Source of the DNA: Candidatus Dormiibacterota bacterium
Lineage (GTDB): Bacteria > Chloroflexota > Dormibacteria > Aeolococcales > Bog-877
Length of the DNA stretch: 49,491 bases
Reading direction: 5' to 3'
Assembly: GCA_013044295.1 (NCBI GenBank)
Contig: JABEUU010000169.1
Location: 1-49,491 of the forward strand
Shown here piece after piece: positions 18,547 to 28,471 of the stretch (its first letter is position 1; every line of letters begins with the position of its first letter). Position numbers and translations under genes: made by a program. The notes beneath the pieces are model-generated. The model ran no database searches. It worked only from the letters and a program-made list of their open reading frames with translations, and had not been told where the DNA came from.

Positions 18547-19985
18547 AGCTGCAGTGACTTGGTGACCAGGAACTCCTCGATCCCGTAGCGACCGAACTCC
18601 CGGCCGTGGCCGGACTCCCGGACCCCGCCGAAAGGAGCCGAGGTGCTGAAGGCTCCGCCGTTGACCTCCACGCTGCCAGCCCGAAGGCGGCGCGCGAATT
18701 CGATGGCTCGGCCCCTGTCGGCGGACCAGATGGCTGCGGCCAGGCCGTAGGGGGTGCCGTTGGCGATCTCCACCGCCTCGTCCTCGCTGTCGTAGCCGAT
18801 TACGACGAGCACCGGTCCGAAGATCTCCTCCTGGGCGATGGCCATCTTCGGCCGCACGTCGGTGAAGATGGTCGGTTGGACGTAGTAGCCGGCTTCCAGC
18901 CCGGGGGGAGGCTCCAGTCCCCCCAGCACCAGGCTGGCTCCCTCCGCCAGCCCCTGCCGGATGGATCCCCGCACCCGCTCCAACTGTGCCGCTGACGCCA
19001 GCGGCCCGAGCCTGGTCGCCTCGTCCAGGGGGTCGCCAGGGGCCAGCTTGCGGGCGGTGGCCACTGCCACTTCGACCGCCTGGGCCTGGGCACTTCGGGG
19101 TACCAGCAGGCGGGTCAGAGCGGTGCAGGTCTGGCCCGAGTTCAAGAAAGAGTTGTACACCGCGAACTTCGCGGCGGTCGCCACGTCGGCATCCTCCAGG
19201 GCCAGGCTTGCGGACTTGCCGCCCAGCTCCATCGTCACGGGGGTGATGCGGGCCGCGGCCAGCTCAGATATGCGCCGCCCCGCCCGGGTCGACCCGGTGA
19301 AGGAGATCTTGTCTACCAGAGGATGGCGGACCAGGGCCTCGCCCGCAACTTGGCCCTCGCCGACCAGGATGTTGAGGACCCCGCCGGGAAGGCCGGAGGC
19401 GTGGGCCACCTCAGCCAGCATTAGAGCGGTGAGAGGTGCCACCTCGCTGGCCTTCAGGACCACGGTGGAGCCTGCCGCCAAGGCGGCGGCCACCTTGGCC
19501 ATCACCTGTTGCAGTGGGTAGTTCCAGGGGGTGATCGCCGCGACTACTCCCACCGGCTCCTTCACCACCAGGCAGTTGCCGATGGTCTCCTCGAAGGGGT
19601 ATGAGCGCAGCACTTCACCGGTGTTGGCTGTGATCGCGATCGGATTGCCCACCTGGATCGACCGCGAGTGGCGGATCGGGGTCCCCACCTCACGGGTGAT
19701 CGCCTCGGCGAACTCCTCGGTCCGATCGCGGATGCCCTTTGCCAGTAGATCCAGGAAGGCGGCACGCTGGTCGGGACTGCTCCGGCTCCAGTCGGGCAAG
19801 GCTCGCGCCGCCGCCTCGACCGCGCGCTCGACGTCCTCTGGTCCGGCGGCCGCCGCGTGGGCCAGGACGGTTCCCGTGGCCGCCTCCATGACCGGGATGA
19901 CCCCGGCCCCGAGCGGCTCCGAGAACTCGCCACCGATGTAAAGGGCACCGGCGTGGTTGAGGATGGCGGGATTGGGCGCGCTCAA
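18543..19985 (-). CDS. Aldehyde dehydrogenase
   Basis: ITPWNYP, LKASE, FTGSTRAG, MELGGKS, catalytic NSGQTC, EEIFGPV, PFGGVRESG; TTG start at 19985 after a GGAG RBS. Confidence 0.93.
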   Translation of the reverse strand: MSAPNPAILNHAGALYIGGEFSEPLGAGVIPVMEAATGTVLAHAAAAGPEDVERAVEAAARALPDWSRSSPDQRAAFLDLLAKGIRDRTEEFAEAITREVGTPIRHSRSIQVGNPIAITANTGEVLRSYPFEETIGNCLVVKEPVGVVAAITPWNYPLQQVMAKVAAALAAGSTVVLKASEVAPLTALMLAEVAHASGLPGGVLNILVGEGQVAGEALVRHPLVDKISFTGSTRAGRRISELAAARITPVTMELGGKSASLALEDADVATAAKFAVYNSFLNSGQTCTALTRLLVPRSAQAQAVEVAVATARKLAPGDPLDEATRLGPLASAAQLERVRGSIRQGLAEGASLVLGGLEPPPGLEAGYYVQPTIFTDVRPKMAIAQEEIFGPVLVVIGYDSEDEAVEIANGTPYGLAAAIWSADRGRAIEFARRLRAGSVEVNGGAFSTSAPFGGVRESGHGREFGRYGIEEFLVTKSLQL

Positions 19986-20446
19986 GCCGTGTCTCCACCG
20001 GCGGCCGCCGGGGACACTACCCGGCCCGGAGCCAGCGCCGGCAGCCCTTCTACCCCTGGCAGTCCTGCAATCTCGGCCCGATTGGTCCGTCGTCCACCTC
20101 GGTGGCCGCCAAGCTCGTGGCGCGCCAACCGTCCCCGGTGCAAGCCAGGGGTGCCGGCGGTCGGCGAGGAGCCGCGCTCGGACACACGTGCGGCAGCCGT
20201 GGGGGAGGCCGGGCCAGGGGCGGAGTGCGATGCCTGGCTGCGAATGGAGGTACCGGTCAGCACCACCTGCCGACCCCAATCTCGAAGGGGTGCCCTGGTC
20301 GAGACCGGGCTGACTCCAGCCCAGCTGGCGGTGCCTGAGCGGATCGCCTGGGGGCGATCACCCTGCCAGGGACCGAGACCGGGAGGATCGGTTGTGTGGG
20401 TGGCCCCGCTCTCTGACTCGCCCGGCCCGGCATGGTCGATCCGCAC
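19982..20446 (-). CDS. Possible low-complexity hypothetical ORF (154 aa) or long 5' leader of the ALDH operon
   Basis: Extended -10 TGC-TACCAT (20453-20461) 6 nt before GTG 20446; its TGA overlaps the ALDH TTG start; no recognisable domain. Confidence 0.3.
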   Translation of the reverse strand: MRIDHAGPGESESGATHTTDPPGLGPWQGDRPQAIRSGTASWAGVSPVSTRAPLRDWGRQVVLTGTSIRSQASHSAPGPASPTAAARVSERGSSPTAGTPGLHRGRLARHELGGHRGGRRTNRAEIAGLPGVEGLPALAPGRVVSPAAAGGDTA

Positions 20447-20490
20447 TCTGAGATGGTAGCAAGAAGGTCTCGACGAAACCGAGCGGGGGA

Positions 20491-20501
20491 CACATAATGT
20501 G
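20491..20501. promoter_or_regulatory. Palindrome, candidate TetR operator overlapping a -10-like CATAAT
   Basis: CACAT-A-ATGTG inverted repeat in the divergent region between the ALDH operon and tetR. Confidence 0.4.
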
Positions 20502-20679
20502 CCCAAAGCCAAGGAGGAGTCGACGTGAGCCCAGCGCCCGCGATGGTCCCGCCTGTCCGTTGCCACCTCCAGTCAGCGGCGAGCGGAGCCGATGGGGAGC
20601 GGCCGGCCCTGGCTTGCGGGTCCGCTGGCGCGGTGCCGCCGAACGGCCCTGAGATGGGAAGCCTAGTGGCTGGATCGCG

Positions 20680-21423
20680 GTGAAGAGCGAGCGGCAACTG
20701 GCCCCTTGGCTGTCCAAGCCGGCCATCCAGACGGTGGGGCGTCTGACCGCCCGTCGTGCCAGCCGCGGCGATCCCAACCGCAAGCGTCGCCTCCACCGTG
20801 ACGCCCGCCGCGAGCAACTTCTCGAGGCCTGCCTGCTGGCCTTCACCGGGCGGGGCCTGGAAATGACCACCATGGACACGATCGCGGCTCAGGCCGGCGT
20901 CAGCAAGCCGCTGGTCTATCGGCACTTCCACAATCGCTACGAGGCGCTGCTGGCGGTGGTGGAGCAGCAGAGCCAACGTTTGCTGGAGTCGATGGCCCTC
21001 GTTGACGCTGACTCGGAGCTGCCGTCCTTTGAGTTCCTGCTGGATCAGTTCCTCCACTTCGCCGCCGAGTCGCCGGCGGGTTTTCGGCTCCTGTTCCAGC
21101 TGGTGGATGCCAATCCCGGGGCCGCCCGACGGCGACTGGAGCTCCTGCGCGGGGAGCTGGGCAAGGCGCTCATGGCGGCCCTGCTTAAGGTGGCGGCGGG
21201 TTCGGGCCTTGGGGTCGACCGTGACCGTGCGGAGTGGATGGGGGAGCTCATCGTCTCGATCCTGGAAGGGGTGGCGGGAGGGCTGGCCAAGGGTGAGGAC
21301 CTTTCCCAGCGATCGGTGGCCCTCCGGCGGCTGTTGCGCTCGGACTGGGTGATCTCATCTCTCATGGAAGTTCGCGAGCAGCCGCTTGCGCTTGGTGCCA
21401 ACCGCGGCGATGGCGGCCAGTGA
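20680..21423 (+). CDS. TetR/AcrR family transcriptional regulator
   Basis: RREQLLEAC...TTMDTIAAQAGVSKPLVYRHF HTH; start uncertain. Confidence 0.9.
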   Translation: MKSERQLAPWLSKPAIQTVGRLTARRASRGDPNRKRRLHRDARREQLLEACLLAFTGRGLEMTTMDTIAAQAGVSKPLVYRHFHNRYEALLAVVEQQSQRLLESMALVDADSELPSFEFLLDQFLHFAAESPAGFRLLFQLVDANPGAARRRLELLRGELGKALMAALLKVAAGSGLGVDRDRAEWMGELIVSILEGVAGGLAKGEDLSQRSVALRRLLRSDWVISSLMEVREQPLALGANRGDGGQ

Positions 21424-21686
21424 GGCAGGCACTATCCTCGGGAGTGCTATGGGGACGGTGGCTAGCCGACGCAGGCGGCGGGACCAGGACTCGGGCGGGC
21501 GGTGGGGCCGACGCCACCGATCCTGGCGCGTTCAGGAGGCGGTGGTCCGGATCCTGACCCCAGCCGCCGCGCCCGTGGCCGGTAGTACCGGAGACCAGCT
21601 GGCGACGCCCGCCCCCGGGCGCGCCCGATCGCTCGGAGCTTGGGCTGGGCTATCCCCTAGCCGCAACTGGCCAGCTGGGGCGTGGC

Positions 21687-24600
21687 GTGAAGGCTGAGTC
21701 TGGCCGAGTCCCCGCGATCGCCGGTCCCACCCGCTTGTCGGGTGGTCCTGGCACCGGGAAGACAGAGGTCCTGGTCGAGGCGGCGGTGCGATGGCTGGGC
21801 GAGGGCCTCGACCCACATCGGCTGGTGGTGGTCACCCGCAGCCACACCAGCGCGCGGGAGATGAGCTCCCGAATCGAGGGGAAGTTGCCGGACGTACACC
21901 CGCGCCCGAGGGTCCTCACCCACGAGGGCCTGGCACGCGCAGTACTGATTGAGGCTGCGGCAGACCCAGAGGCCACCCGTGGTCTGGACCGGATAGGGGA
22001 GTGGCTGGCGATGCGGGAGGCGTTGCGGCGGGTGCTTCCCCTACTGTCCGTCCTCCGCCCTCTGGCTGACGACCCGACTTGCATCGAGGACTCGCTCGAG
22101 TTCATCTCGATCGTGAAGCAGTCCCTGATTGGCCCCGGCCTGCTGGCGGAGCGGCTGCGGGGGGAGCGGGGGATGCTCCCCGAACTGGCGCTGTTGGCGG
22201 CAGGCTATGAGCGCGTGCTGCGGGACATGGGGGCCCGCGACACTCGCGACCTGATCGTGGCAGCCCTGGCGAGCCTGGACCGTGTCCCCACCCTCATGGA
22301 GGGCTGGGCGGATCTGCTCTTGGTGGATGAGGCGGAGGATCTCACCTCCGCCCAGTGGTATTTGCTGGGTGGTCTGGTGCGTCGACTGTCGCCGCCCCAC
22401 GCCGCTCTGGTGGCCGGTGACCGGCGGGTCGCGATTCCCGCCTTTAGAGGCCCATCCAGCCGCTTCTTCGACCAGGTCTTTCGAAGCGAGCTGGCCCCGG
22501 CGGAGTGGTCGCTGCCGGCACCGCCCGGGGACTGGGGGGCCCAGTTGCAGGTTGAACTGGGCATGTCGTTCGAGTCGGGGACCCAGGACGTAGGAATCCG
22601 GATCTCCCCAGGGGGCGCCGGGAACGCCGCCTCCCCGAGGGGATTGGTTTGGGTGGCTCCTGATGAGAGCGAGGAGGCCTTCGCGATCGCGCGCGAGATT
22701 CAGCGTTCGAGGCTGGCTGGAGAGGTCGACTACGACCAGGTGGCGGTGCTCTTCCGCAGCCCCGTGGCGCAGCTGGCGCCCCTGCTGGAGGCGATGGCGG
22801 CGATAGGCGTGCCCTGCCGGGTGGAACGTTCCCGCTGGACCTCCAGCCTGGCGGTGCAGGTGGTGGGGCTCTGGCTGCGGGCCCTCTGCAGCCCCCAGGA
22901 TGAAGTGGCGGTTTTGCGGGTGCTTGCCCTGGGACCAAATGGGGCAGCCCCGCAGGAGGTGCTCAGGTTGCGCCGCCTGGCGGCCGGCCACCGCGAGAGC
23001 CTCTCCAGGACCCTGTGGCGAGAGGCGGAGTTGGATGAGAGTACTCAGGGGGAGCGGTCGCAAGAGGTTGGCGGCAGCGGTCAGTTGGTGCACCTCTGGC
23101 ACGACCTTGGAGGGGGCGACCCCGGCATGGCGGGAAGATCGCTGGCACCCTCGGCATTCAGATCCCTGCTCGCGGCGATACTGGAGGGGAGCGGCCTGAC
23201 TCGCCTGGCTCTGACCGACCCGGACACCGCGGCGGCGCTGGCGCGCTTGAATCTGGCAATCGACGATGCGGGATCTGCCAAAGCTCGGATGGGCTTGCCT
23301 GAGCCCGCCCTGTGGGAGTGGGCGGAGCTGATCCAGGTCGGGATTCGACGCGCTGGCTGGGACACCGAGAGGCTCGCCCAGCCGCAGTTCCCAGCGGTCT
23401 CGCTCCTGACCATCCACCAGGCCAAGGGGAGGCGCTGGCGCCGGGCGTTCGTGCCCGGACTGGTGGACGGAGCTCTGCCGGCGCGGTCGGTGGAGGTGGG
23501 CCTGCTGGGCCTCGACGACAGGCAGCGGGTGCTGGAGCTGCTGCCGGAGTTGGAGGACGCGATCGGAGGTCCAGGCCACCATCTCGATGAGGAGCGCCGG
23601 CTGCTCCTGGTGGCGGCCACCAGAGCCACCGACCAGGTCGTCTTCTCCTGGGCTCAGCGCTACGGCGACCGGCCCTCGCTCGCCTCGCCTTTCGTGGCTC
23701 ATCTCTTGCGAGCCGGGCTGCAAGAGGCGCCCGCCCCGAGCGCGTCCCTGGTGACTCCCACCGATTGCCTTGCGGCTGCGGCGGTAGGTCCCTCAGGTGA
23801 CGAGCTCCGGTTGAGCCTTGATTTCATGGAGCGGGTCGGGGATCTGCAGCAGCAGCTTGAGCCCTGGGACCCGGTTGCGGCCGCTCCGGGAGGGAACGAG
23901 GTTGAACTCAGCCCCACCAGCCTGCGTGCCTGGCTGGCCTGTCCGCGGCTCTACTACTATCATCGGCTGCGCCTCCGCGAGCCCGATGCCATGCCCCTGG
24001 TGCTGGGCACCGCCGCTCACCGTCTGCTGGAGCTGGTGCAGCGGCCGGGTCCGCCGGAGGCCGACCCGGCCAGCTTCTCGGAGCGCGCGCGCAGGATCGT
24101 CGACGACGAGCTGATGCCAGCTGCCCGCGGGGCGCTCCTGGACCCCCTCGGCAGCATGTATGTCCAGGCTTGGCTGCATCGGCTCATTTCGCGCTGGGCG
24201 GAGAGGGTCGTCGGACCAGGCGGAGTCGCGGTGGGCAGTCTGCTGGCCAGTGAGGTCCGGTTCCGTTTGCCCCGAGAAGGCTGGAGTCTGGTGGGCCAGG
24301 TCGACGCGGTGTGGCGGCACCCGGATGGGGAGCTGGAGATCGTCGACTACAAAACCGGCAGTTCGGCGGCCCCAACCGAGGCCACTCTCATGGGGCAGGT
24401 CTTCGGCAGGGCCGACGTCGGGCCCTCTGACTGGCAGCTTCCCACCTATCTGCTGGCCGCGCGCGCAGGAGCGCTCTCGCAATGGATCGGCAGCGAACGT
24501 CCGGGCCTGGCCCGAAACTGGTACCTAGGACTTGACTCGGCTCCCTCGCGATCGGCTCCGGTGCCCGCCAGTGGTTTCCGCATCGCCTCGGATGGAGATC

Positions 24601-24821
24601 CCCCAGCCAAGGGTGAGGCCCGTCTACCGATCGGCGACTTGGATCGCCTTGAGCGGGAGCTCAGCCGTCAGGCCGCGCTGGTTCAAATCGGCCTGCATCC
24701 GGCCCAGCCCCGCCACGAGACTCGCACCTGCCGAGCGTTCGGGGGCTGCCCACTCACCTTCTGCTGTGACGGTGAGGGCACTGTGGGCATCGGGTTGAGC
24801 GAGGGCGAACCCCGGCCATGA
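21687..24821 (+). CDS. AdnA/AddB-like UvrD-fold helicase with C-terminal PD-(D/E)XK nuclease
   Basis: [40 protein letters not shown]; nuclease LSPTSL..W..CPR, GQVDAV, IVDYKT, C-terminal Cys cluster. Confidence 0.85.
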   Translation: MKAESGRVPAIAGPTRLSGGPGTGKTEVLVEAAVRWLGEGLDPHRLVVVTRSHTSAREMSSRIEGKLPDVHPRPRVLTHEGLARAVLIEAAADPEATRGLDRIGEWLAMREALRRVLPLLSVLRPLADDPTCIEDSLEFISIVKQSLIGPGLLAERLRGERGMLPELALLAAGYERVLRDMGARDTRDLIVAALASLDRVPTLMEGWADLLLVDEAEDLTSAQWYLLGGLVRRLSPPHAALVAGDRRVAIPAFRGPSSRFFDQVFRSELAPAEWSLPAPPGDWGAQLQVELGMSFESGTQDVGIRISPGGAGNAASPRGLVWVAPDESEEAFAIAREIQRSRLAGEVDYDQVAVLFRSPVAQLAPLLEAMAAIGVPCRVERSRWTSSLAVQVVGLWLRALCSPQDEVAVLRVLALGPNGAAPQEVLRLRRLAAGHRESLSRTLWREAELDESTQGERSQEVGGSGQLVHLWHDLGGGDPGMAGRSLAPSAFRSLLAAILEGSGLTRLALTDPDTAAALARLNLAIDDAGSAKARMGLPEPALWEWAELIQVGIRRAGWDTERLAQPQFPAVSLLTIHQAKGRRWRRAFVPGLVDGALPARSVEVGLLGLDDRQRVLELLPELEDAIGGPGHHLDEERRLLLVAATRATDQVVFSWAQRYGDRPSLASPFVAHLLRAGLQEAPAPSASLVTPTDCLAAAAVGPSGDELRLSLDFMERVGDLQQQLEPWDPVAAAPGGNEVELSPTSLRAWLACPRLYYYHRLRLREPDAMPLVLGTAAHRLLELVQRPGPPEADPASFSERARRIVDDELMPAARGALLDPLGSMYVQAWLHRLISRWAERVVGPGGVAVGSLLASEVRFRLPREGWSLVGQVDAVWRHPDGELEIVDYKTGSSAAPTEATLMGQVFGRADVGPSDWQLPTYLLAARAGALSQWIGSERPGLARNWYLGLDSAPSRSAPVPASGFRIASDGDPPAKGEARLPIGDLDRLERELSRQAALVQIGLHPAQPRHETRTCRAFGGCPLTFCCDGEGTVGIGLSEGEPRP

Positions 24822-27800
24822 GCGTAGTGGACCTGCTCTTGGACGCCCTTACCCCGGCCCAGCGGGCAGTGGTCGAGCAACGCGGGCGTGGACCCGTCAA
24901 GGTGGCAGCGGCGGCTGGCAGCGGCAAGACCAAGACCATGGCCACCCTCTACGCCCTCGGGGTTGCGGAGGGCCTTCACCCAGCGAGGATCCTGGCGGTG
25001 ACCTTCACCGACCGAGCAGCGGTGGAGCTGAGGGAGCGCATCCTCTCGACCATGGTGGACGTCGGGCTGGCACCGCCAGGTGGGCCGGACAGCCCTTTGG
25101 AAGGGGCGTGGATCGGCACCTTCCACCAACTGGCGCGGCGCCTCATCGCCGAGCAGCCGTATTTGGCGGAGGTTCCGAGGGATCTGGCGCTGGTTGATGA
25201 CGTGGAGGCTCGGGGTCTGCTCCAGGAGGCGGCCTGGTCAGTCAGGGAGCAGGTCGCCGCCGGCCAGGGGCCGGGCCGGTGGATTCCTGAAAACCCTGAC
25301 CTGCGGACTCTGCTGGGCCTGATTGACGGCGCCTCGGCCGCGGTGACCCGGCTCCGCTCCACCGACCTTGCCCCATCCACCTGCCGGCTTCTGTCCCAAG
25401 CCGCCTACCACCGGTTCGAAGCTGCCGGTGACCCAGCCCAGGAGATCGCCTGGCATCGCTGTGCCATGGAAGTGACCATCGCGATCTGGGAGGCGCTGGA
25501 GAGCCGACTGGTTTCTCTGCGTGCGCTCGACTTCGACGGGTTGTTGCGCCAGGCGCTGGCCGCCCTGACTGGGTCTCCCGCGCTCACCTCCTGGTGCCAG
25601 ACCAATTTCCAGCTGATCATCGTTGACGAGTATCAGGACACCAGCGCGGTTCAGTCAGCGCTGCTGGAGCGCCTGGCCGGCGCCCGGAAACGAGAGCTGT
25701 TCGTGGTCGGGGATGCCCGACAGTCGATCTTCGCGTTTCGTGACGCCAAGCCCGGGATCATGGCGGAGACTGCCGGCCGGGAGTACTCCCTCTTCCGCAA
25801 CCATCGCTCGGTGGCTCCCATCCTGGCGGCCGCGGACCACGTGATCCGGGCCGACGACCACTTCGCCAGCGACCAACCCATGGAGGTCGGTCGCGGCGAG
25901 GTGGAGGCCCAGCCCGTGCTGCTGGGCCTGGCTGAGTCGGTAGAGGCTGAGGCTGACGGCATCGCACAAGCGCTGTTGCTGTTGCGGCAGAGGGGCATCC
26001 CGGGTCCCCATGGCGGTCAGCAAGCGGTGGAGTTCGGCGACATGGCTGTTCTGGCGTACACCTTCAACCTCCTCGGGCCCCCTCTGGAGGAAGCTTTCCG
26101 GCGCCACCGGATCCCTTTTCAAACCGCCACCGGGGGCCTGCTCATCCGACCTGAAATCAAGGACGCCGTGGCCCTGCTGCGCCTGATCGCCGATGCCGCC
26201 GACGACCAAGCGTGGGTGCGCGTGTTGCAGAGCCCCTGGGTGCGAGTATCCGATCGGGACCTGCTCCAGCTGGTCGGAGACGGCGAGGCCAGGCGGGCGA
26301 CGCTGGGCGAGCGGCTGCGGTCCGCCCTGCCTGGATACCAAGGCGATCCATCGATGCTGAGCCGGGTCGAGCGGCTGGTCGGGGTCGCCGATGAGCTTCG
26401 GTCCTCAGCCCGCATCCGTCCAGCCGCAGAGGTGTTGTCGGCCGCCCTGGACGAGAGTGGGTTGCTCGCCTTCCATGAGGCACGGTCGTTGGCTGGGGAC
26501 CCTGATGGGCAGCGAGCCCTGGCCTCCCTCCGAGACCTCCAGCGAGTCGCCCTGAACGCCCAGGCCGCCGGCGGTTGGCTAGGACTGGACCGCCTGCTCG
26601 AGCGGATCGACTCCATCTCAGATGCCTCGGGGCGCGCGGAGCCCGCGCCCCGAGGATCCCAGCAGCTGGTGACTCTCAGCACCATCCACAGGGCCAAGGG
26701 GTTGGAGTGGCCGGTGGTGGTCCTGGCGGACTGCCGTCCCCACCACGGGAGGGGGGGGCCGCCGGTCCTATGGGACCGCATCGAAGGCGCCGTCGTGATG
26801 AGCCGGATCGGTGCGCACGACACCGCCGCAGGCGTCCGCTGGAAGCGCTCTCCCGCCGCGGCCGTGGCCCGCGAGGAGCATCGCCGCTTGGTCTACGTGG
26901 CCATGACCAGAGCTCGTGACCTGCTGCTGGTCACCACGACCAGGCCCGGTGTCAAGGACCCAGCGCCGACGTTGGAGGGGCTTATTGACCAGCTCTGGCA
27001 CGGATCGGCCTCCAGGAGTGAGTACGCGGAACTGGCCAGTGAGTTGGCTGCTGGGACGCCATGGATCGCGGCTCTGTCAGGCTTCCCTGCCGCGGTGGAC
27101 CTACCCTGGGGAGCCGAACCGGCCCCGCCAACCAACGCGATCAGTGGCTCCGAAGCAGCTGAGGTCAGCCCTGCTTCGATTCCTGTGGAGCGGCGCTGGG
27201 AGGAGCTGAGGACGATGGCCAGGAGGGCCAGGGGAGCTCGCTTCGCCCAGCCCGAGCAGCTGAGCTTCAGCTCGATCAGGACCATGGCCAGCTGCCCGCG
27301 CCAGTTCTGGTTCCAACACCTGGCTAATTTCCTGGTCCCAGGCCGTGACGGCAGTGCCCAGGAAGCTGAGGACGACGATGTTGGCCCCGCGAGTCCCAGC
27401 GCCAGATCGGGAGCGCTCGACCTGGGGAGGGTGGTGCATGCGGTCCTGGAGCAGGCTCACCGCCTGCGGCCGGACCGCGGCCCGCACCAAGACCAGCTGG
27501 TGGCCATGCTGGAGCCGCACCGCTCGGCTCTGGGAGTCGAGTTGTCCGACGCCGCCGAGAGCATGCTGAGGGCCTATGCCGGCTCGCCGATCGCGGCCCT
27601 GCCAACAGTTGCTGTCGAGCTTGCCTTCTCTTGGCGCGGCTGGGCGGGTGATCGCCTTCCACCTCTGGTTGGCGCGATCGATCGGGTGGCCCGGCTCGCC
27701 TCGGGGGAGCTTTTGGTGATCGACTACAAGACCAACTGGGCAATTGAGTCCTCTGAGCTGGGGGACTATCAGCATCAGCTGCGCCTGTATGCGGCCGCGC

Positions 27801-28069
27801 TTGGAGCAGGGTTGTTGGGTGGGTCGAGCCCGACCCAAGCTGTGCTCCTGATGCTTCGCAGCGGTGAGCGGCTGGAGGTCGACTGCGACCGGGCCGCCAT
27901 CGACCGCTCTTTGGCCTGGGCGCGCGGTCTGGCCGAGTCCACCGTGTCAGGAGCCGCCCTGAGCGGGCTCGGCCGCCCCGACCGGCCCTGCCCCGAATGC
28001 GACTTTCGGGAGTTCTGCCCCGAACGCAGACCGGAAGCCGGCGGGGGAGCGATCCCGGCTAAGCGCTGA
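24818..28069 (+). CDS. AdnB/AddA-like ATP-dependent helicase with C-terminal PD-(D/E)XK nuclease
   Basis: AAAGSGKT, AVTFTDRAA, TFHQ, VDEYQDT, VGDARQSIFAFR, STIHRAKGLEW, YVAMTRA; nuclease CPRQFW, GAIDRV, IDYKT, QLRLYA, CPECDFREFC; ATGA overlap with the upstream gene. Confidence 0.9.
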   Translation: MSVVDLLLDALTPAQRAVVEQRGRGPVKVAAAAGSGKTKTMATLYALGVAEGLHPARILAVTFTDRAAVELRERILSTMVDVGLAPPGGPDSPLEGAWIGTFHQLARRLIAEQPYLAEVPRDLALVDDVEARGLLQEAAWSVREQVAAGQGPGRWIPENPDLRTLLGLIDGASAAVTRLRSTDLAPSTCRLLSQAAYHRFEAAGDPAQEIAWHRCAMEVTIAIWEALESRLVSLRALDFDGLLRQALAALTGSPALTSWCQTNFQLIIVDEYQDTSAVQSALLERLAGARKRELFVVGDARQSIFAFRDAKPGIMAETAGREYSLFRNHRSVAPILAAADHVIRADDHFASDQPMEVGRGEVEAQPVLLGLAESVEAEADGIAQALLLLRQRGIPGPHGGQQAVEFGDMAVLAYTFNLLGPPLEEAFRRHRIPFQTATGGLLIRPEIKDAVALLRLIADAADDQAWVRVLQSPWVRVSDRDLLQLVGDGEARRATLGERLRSALPGYQGDPSMLSRVERLVGVADELRSSARIRPAAEVLSAALDESGLLAFHEARSLAGDPDGQRALASLRDLQRVALNAQAAGGWLGLDRLLERIDSISDASGRAEPAPRGSQQLVTLSTIHRAKGLEWPVVVLADCRPHHGRGGPPVLWDRIEGAVVMSRIGAHDTAAGVRWKRSPAAAVAREEHRRLVYVAMTRARDLLLVTTTRPGVKDPAPTLEGLIDQLWHGSASRSEYAELASELAAGTPWIAALSGFPAAVDLPWGAEPAPPTNAISGSEAAEVSPASIPVERRWEELRTMARRARGARFAQPEQLSFSSIRTMASCPRQFWFQHLANFLVPGRDGSAQEAEDDDVGPASPSARSGALDLGRVVHAVLEQAHRLRPDRGPHQDQLVAMLEPHRSALGVELSDAAESMLRAYAGSPIAALPTVAVELAFSWRGWAGDRLPPLVGAIDRVARLASGELLVIDYKTNWAIESSELGDYQHQLRLYAAALGAGLLGGSSPTQAVLLMLRSGERLEVDCDRAAIDRSLAWARGLAESTVSGAALSGLGRPDRPCPECDFREFCPERRPEAGGGAIPAKR

Positions 28070-28397
28070 TCCGGAAGAGCTGCTGCAACTTCATGGCCAG
28101 GCCCATGTCCCCCTTGATCTTCAGCTTCCCAGTCATGAAGGCCATGGTGCCGTCGAGCCGGCCGGAGAGCAGCTTGACGAAGTTCTCATCGCCCAGGGTG
28201 AGTGTGATGTTGGGGCTGGCAGCATCACCGTCGTGAACCTCGCAGGTCCCGTCCTTGATCTCGACGTACCAGTGCCCGCCGGTGGGGCCGGAGATATCCC
28301 ACTGAAAGATGGCAGTCACGCCCTGGGCCTTCTCCGGCTGGAAGGCGGCCGGGATGCGGTCCATGATCTCCTGGGGGCTCAACTCGCCTTCAGCCAT
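28059..28397 (-). CDS. SCP2 sterol/lipid-binding domain protein
   Basis: FQWDISGPTGGHW...AFMTGKLKIKGDMGLAMKL; AGGAGG RBS before ATG 28397. Confidence 0.9.
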   Translation of the reverse strand: MAEGELSPQEIMDRIPAAFQPEKAQGVTAIFQWDISGPTGGHWYVEIKDGTCEVHDGDAASPNITLTLGDENFVKLLSGRLDGTMAFMTGKLKIKGDMGLAMKLQQLFRISA

Positions 28398-28471
28398 CAA
28401 TCTCCCTCCTCTGGGCATGATTCGGCCGCCTGGATGGCGGCCACTGGGACTTCCTCAATGGTAGCCGACTT

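Noticed and set aside
21687-28069. Anti-phage helicase-nuclease or Cas4 system
   Set aside because: Tandem UvrD+PD-(D/E)XK architecture in a core-gene context matches AdnAB/AddAB; no defence or CRISPR neighbours
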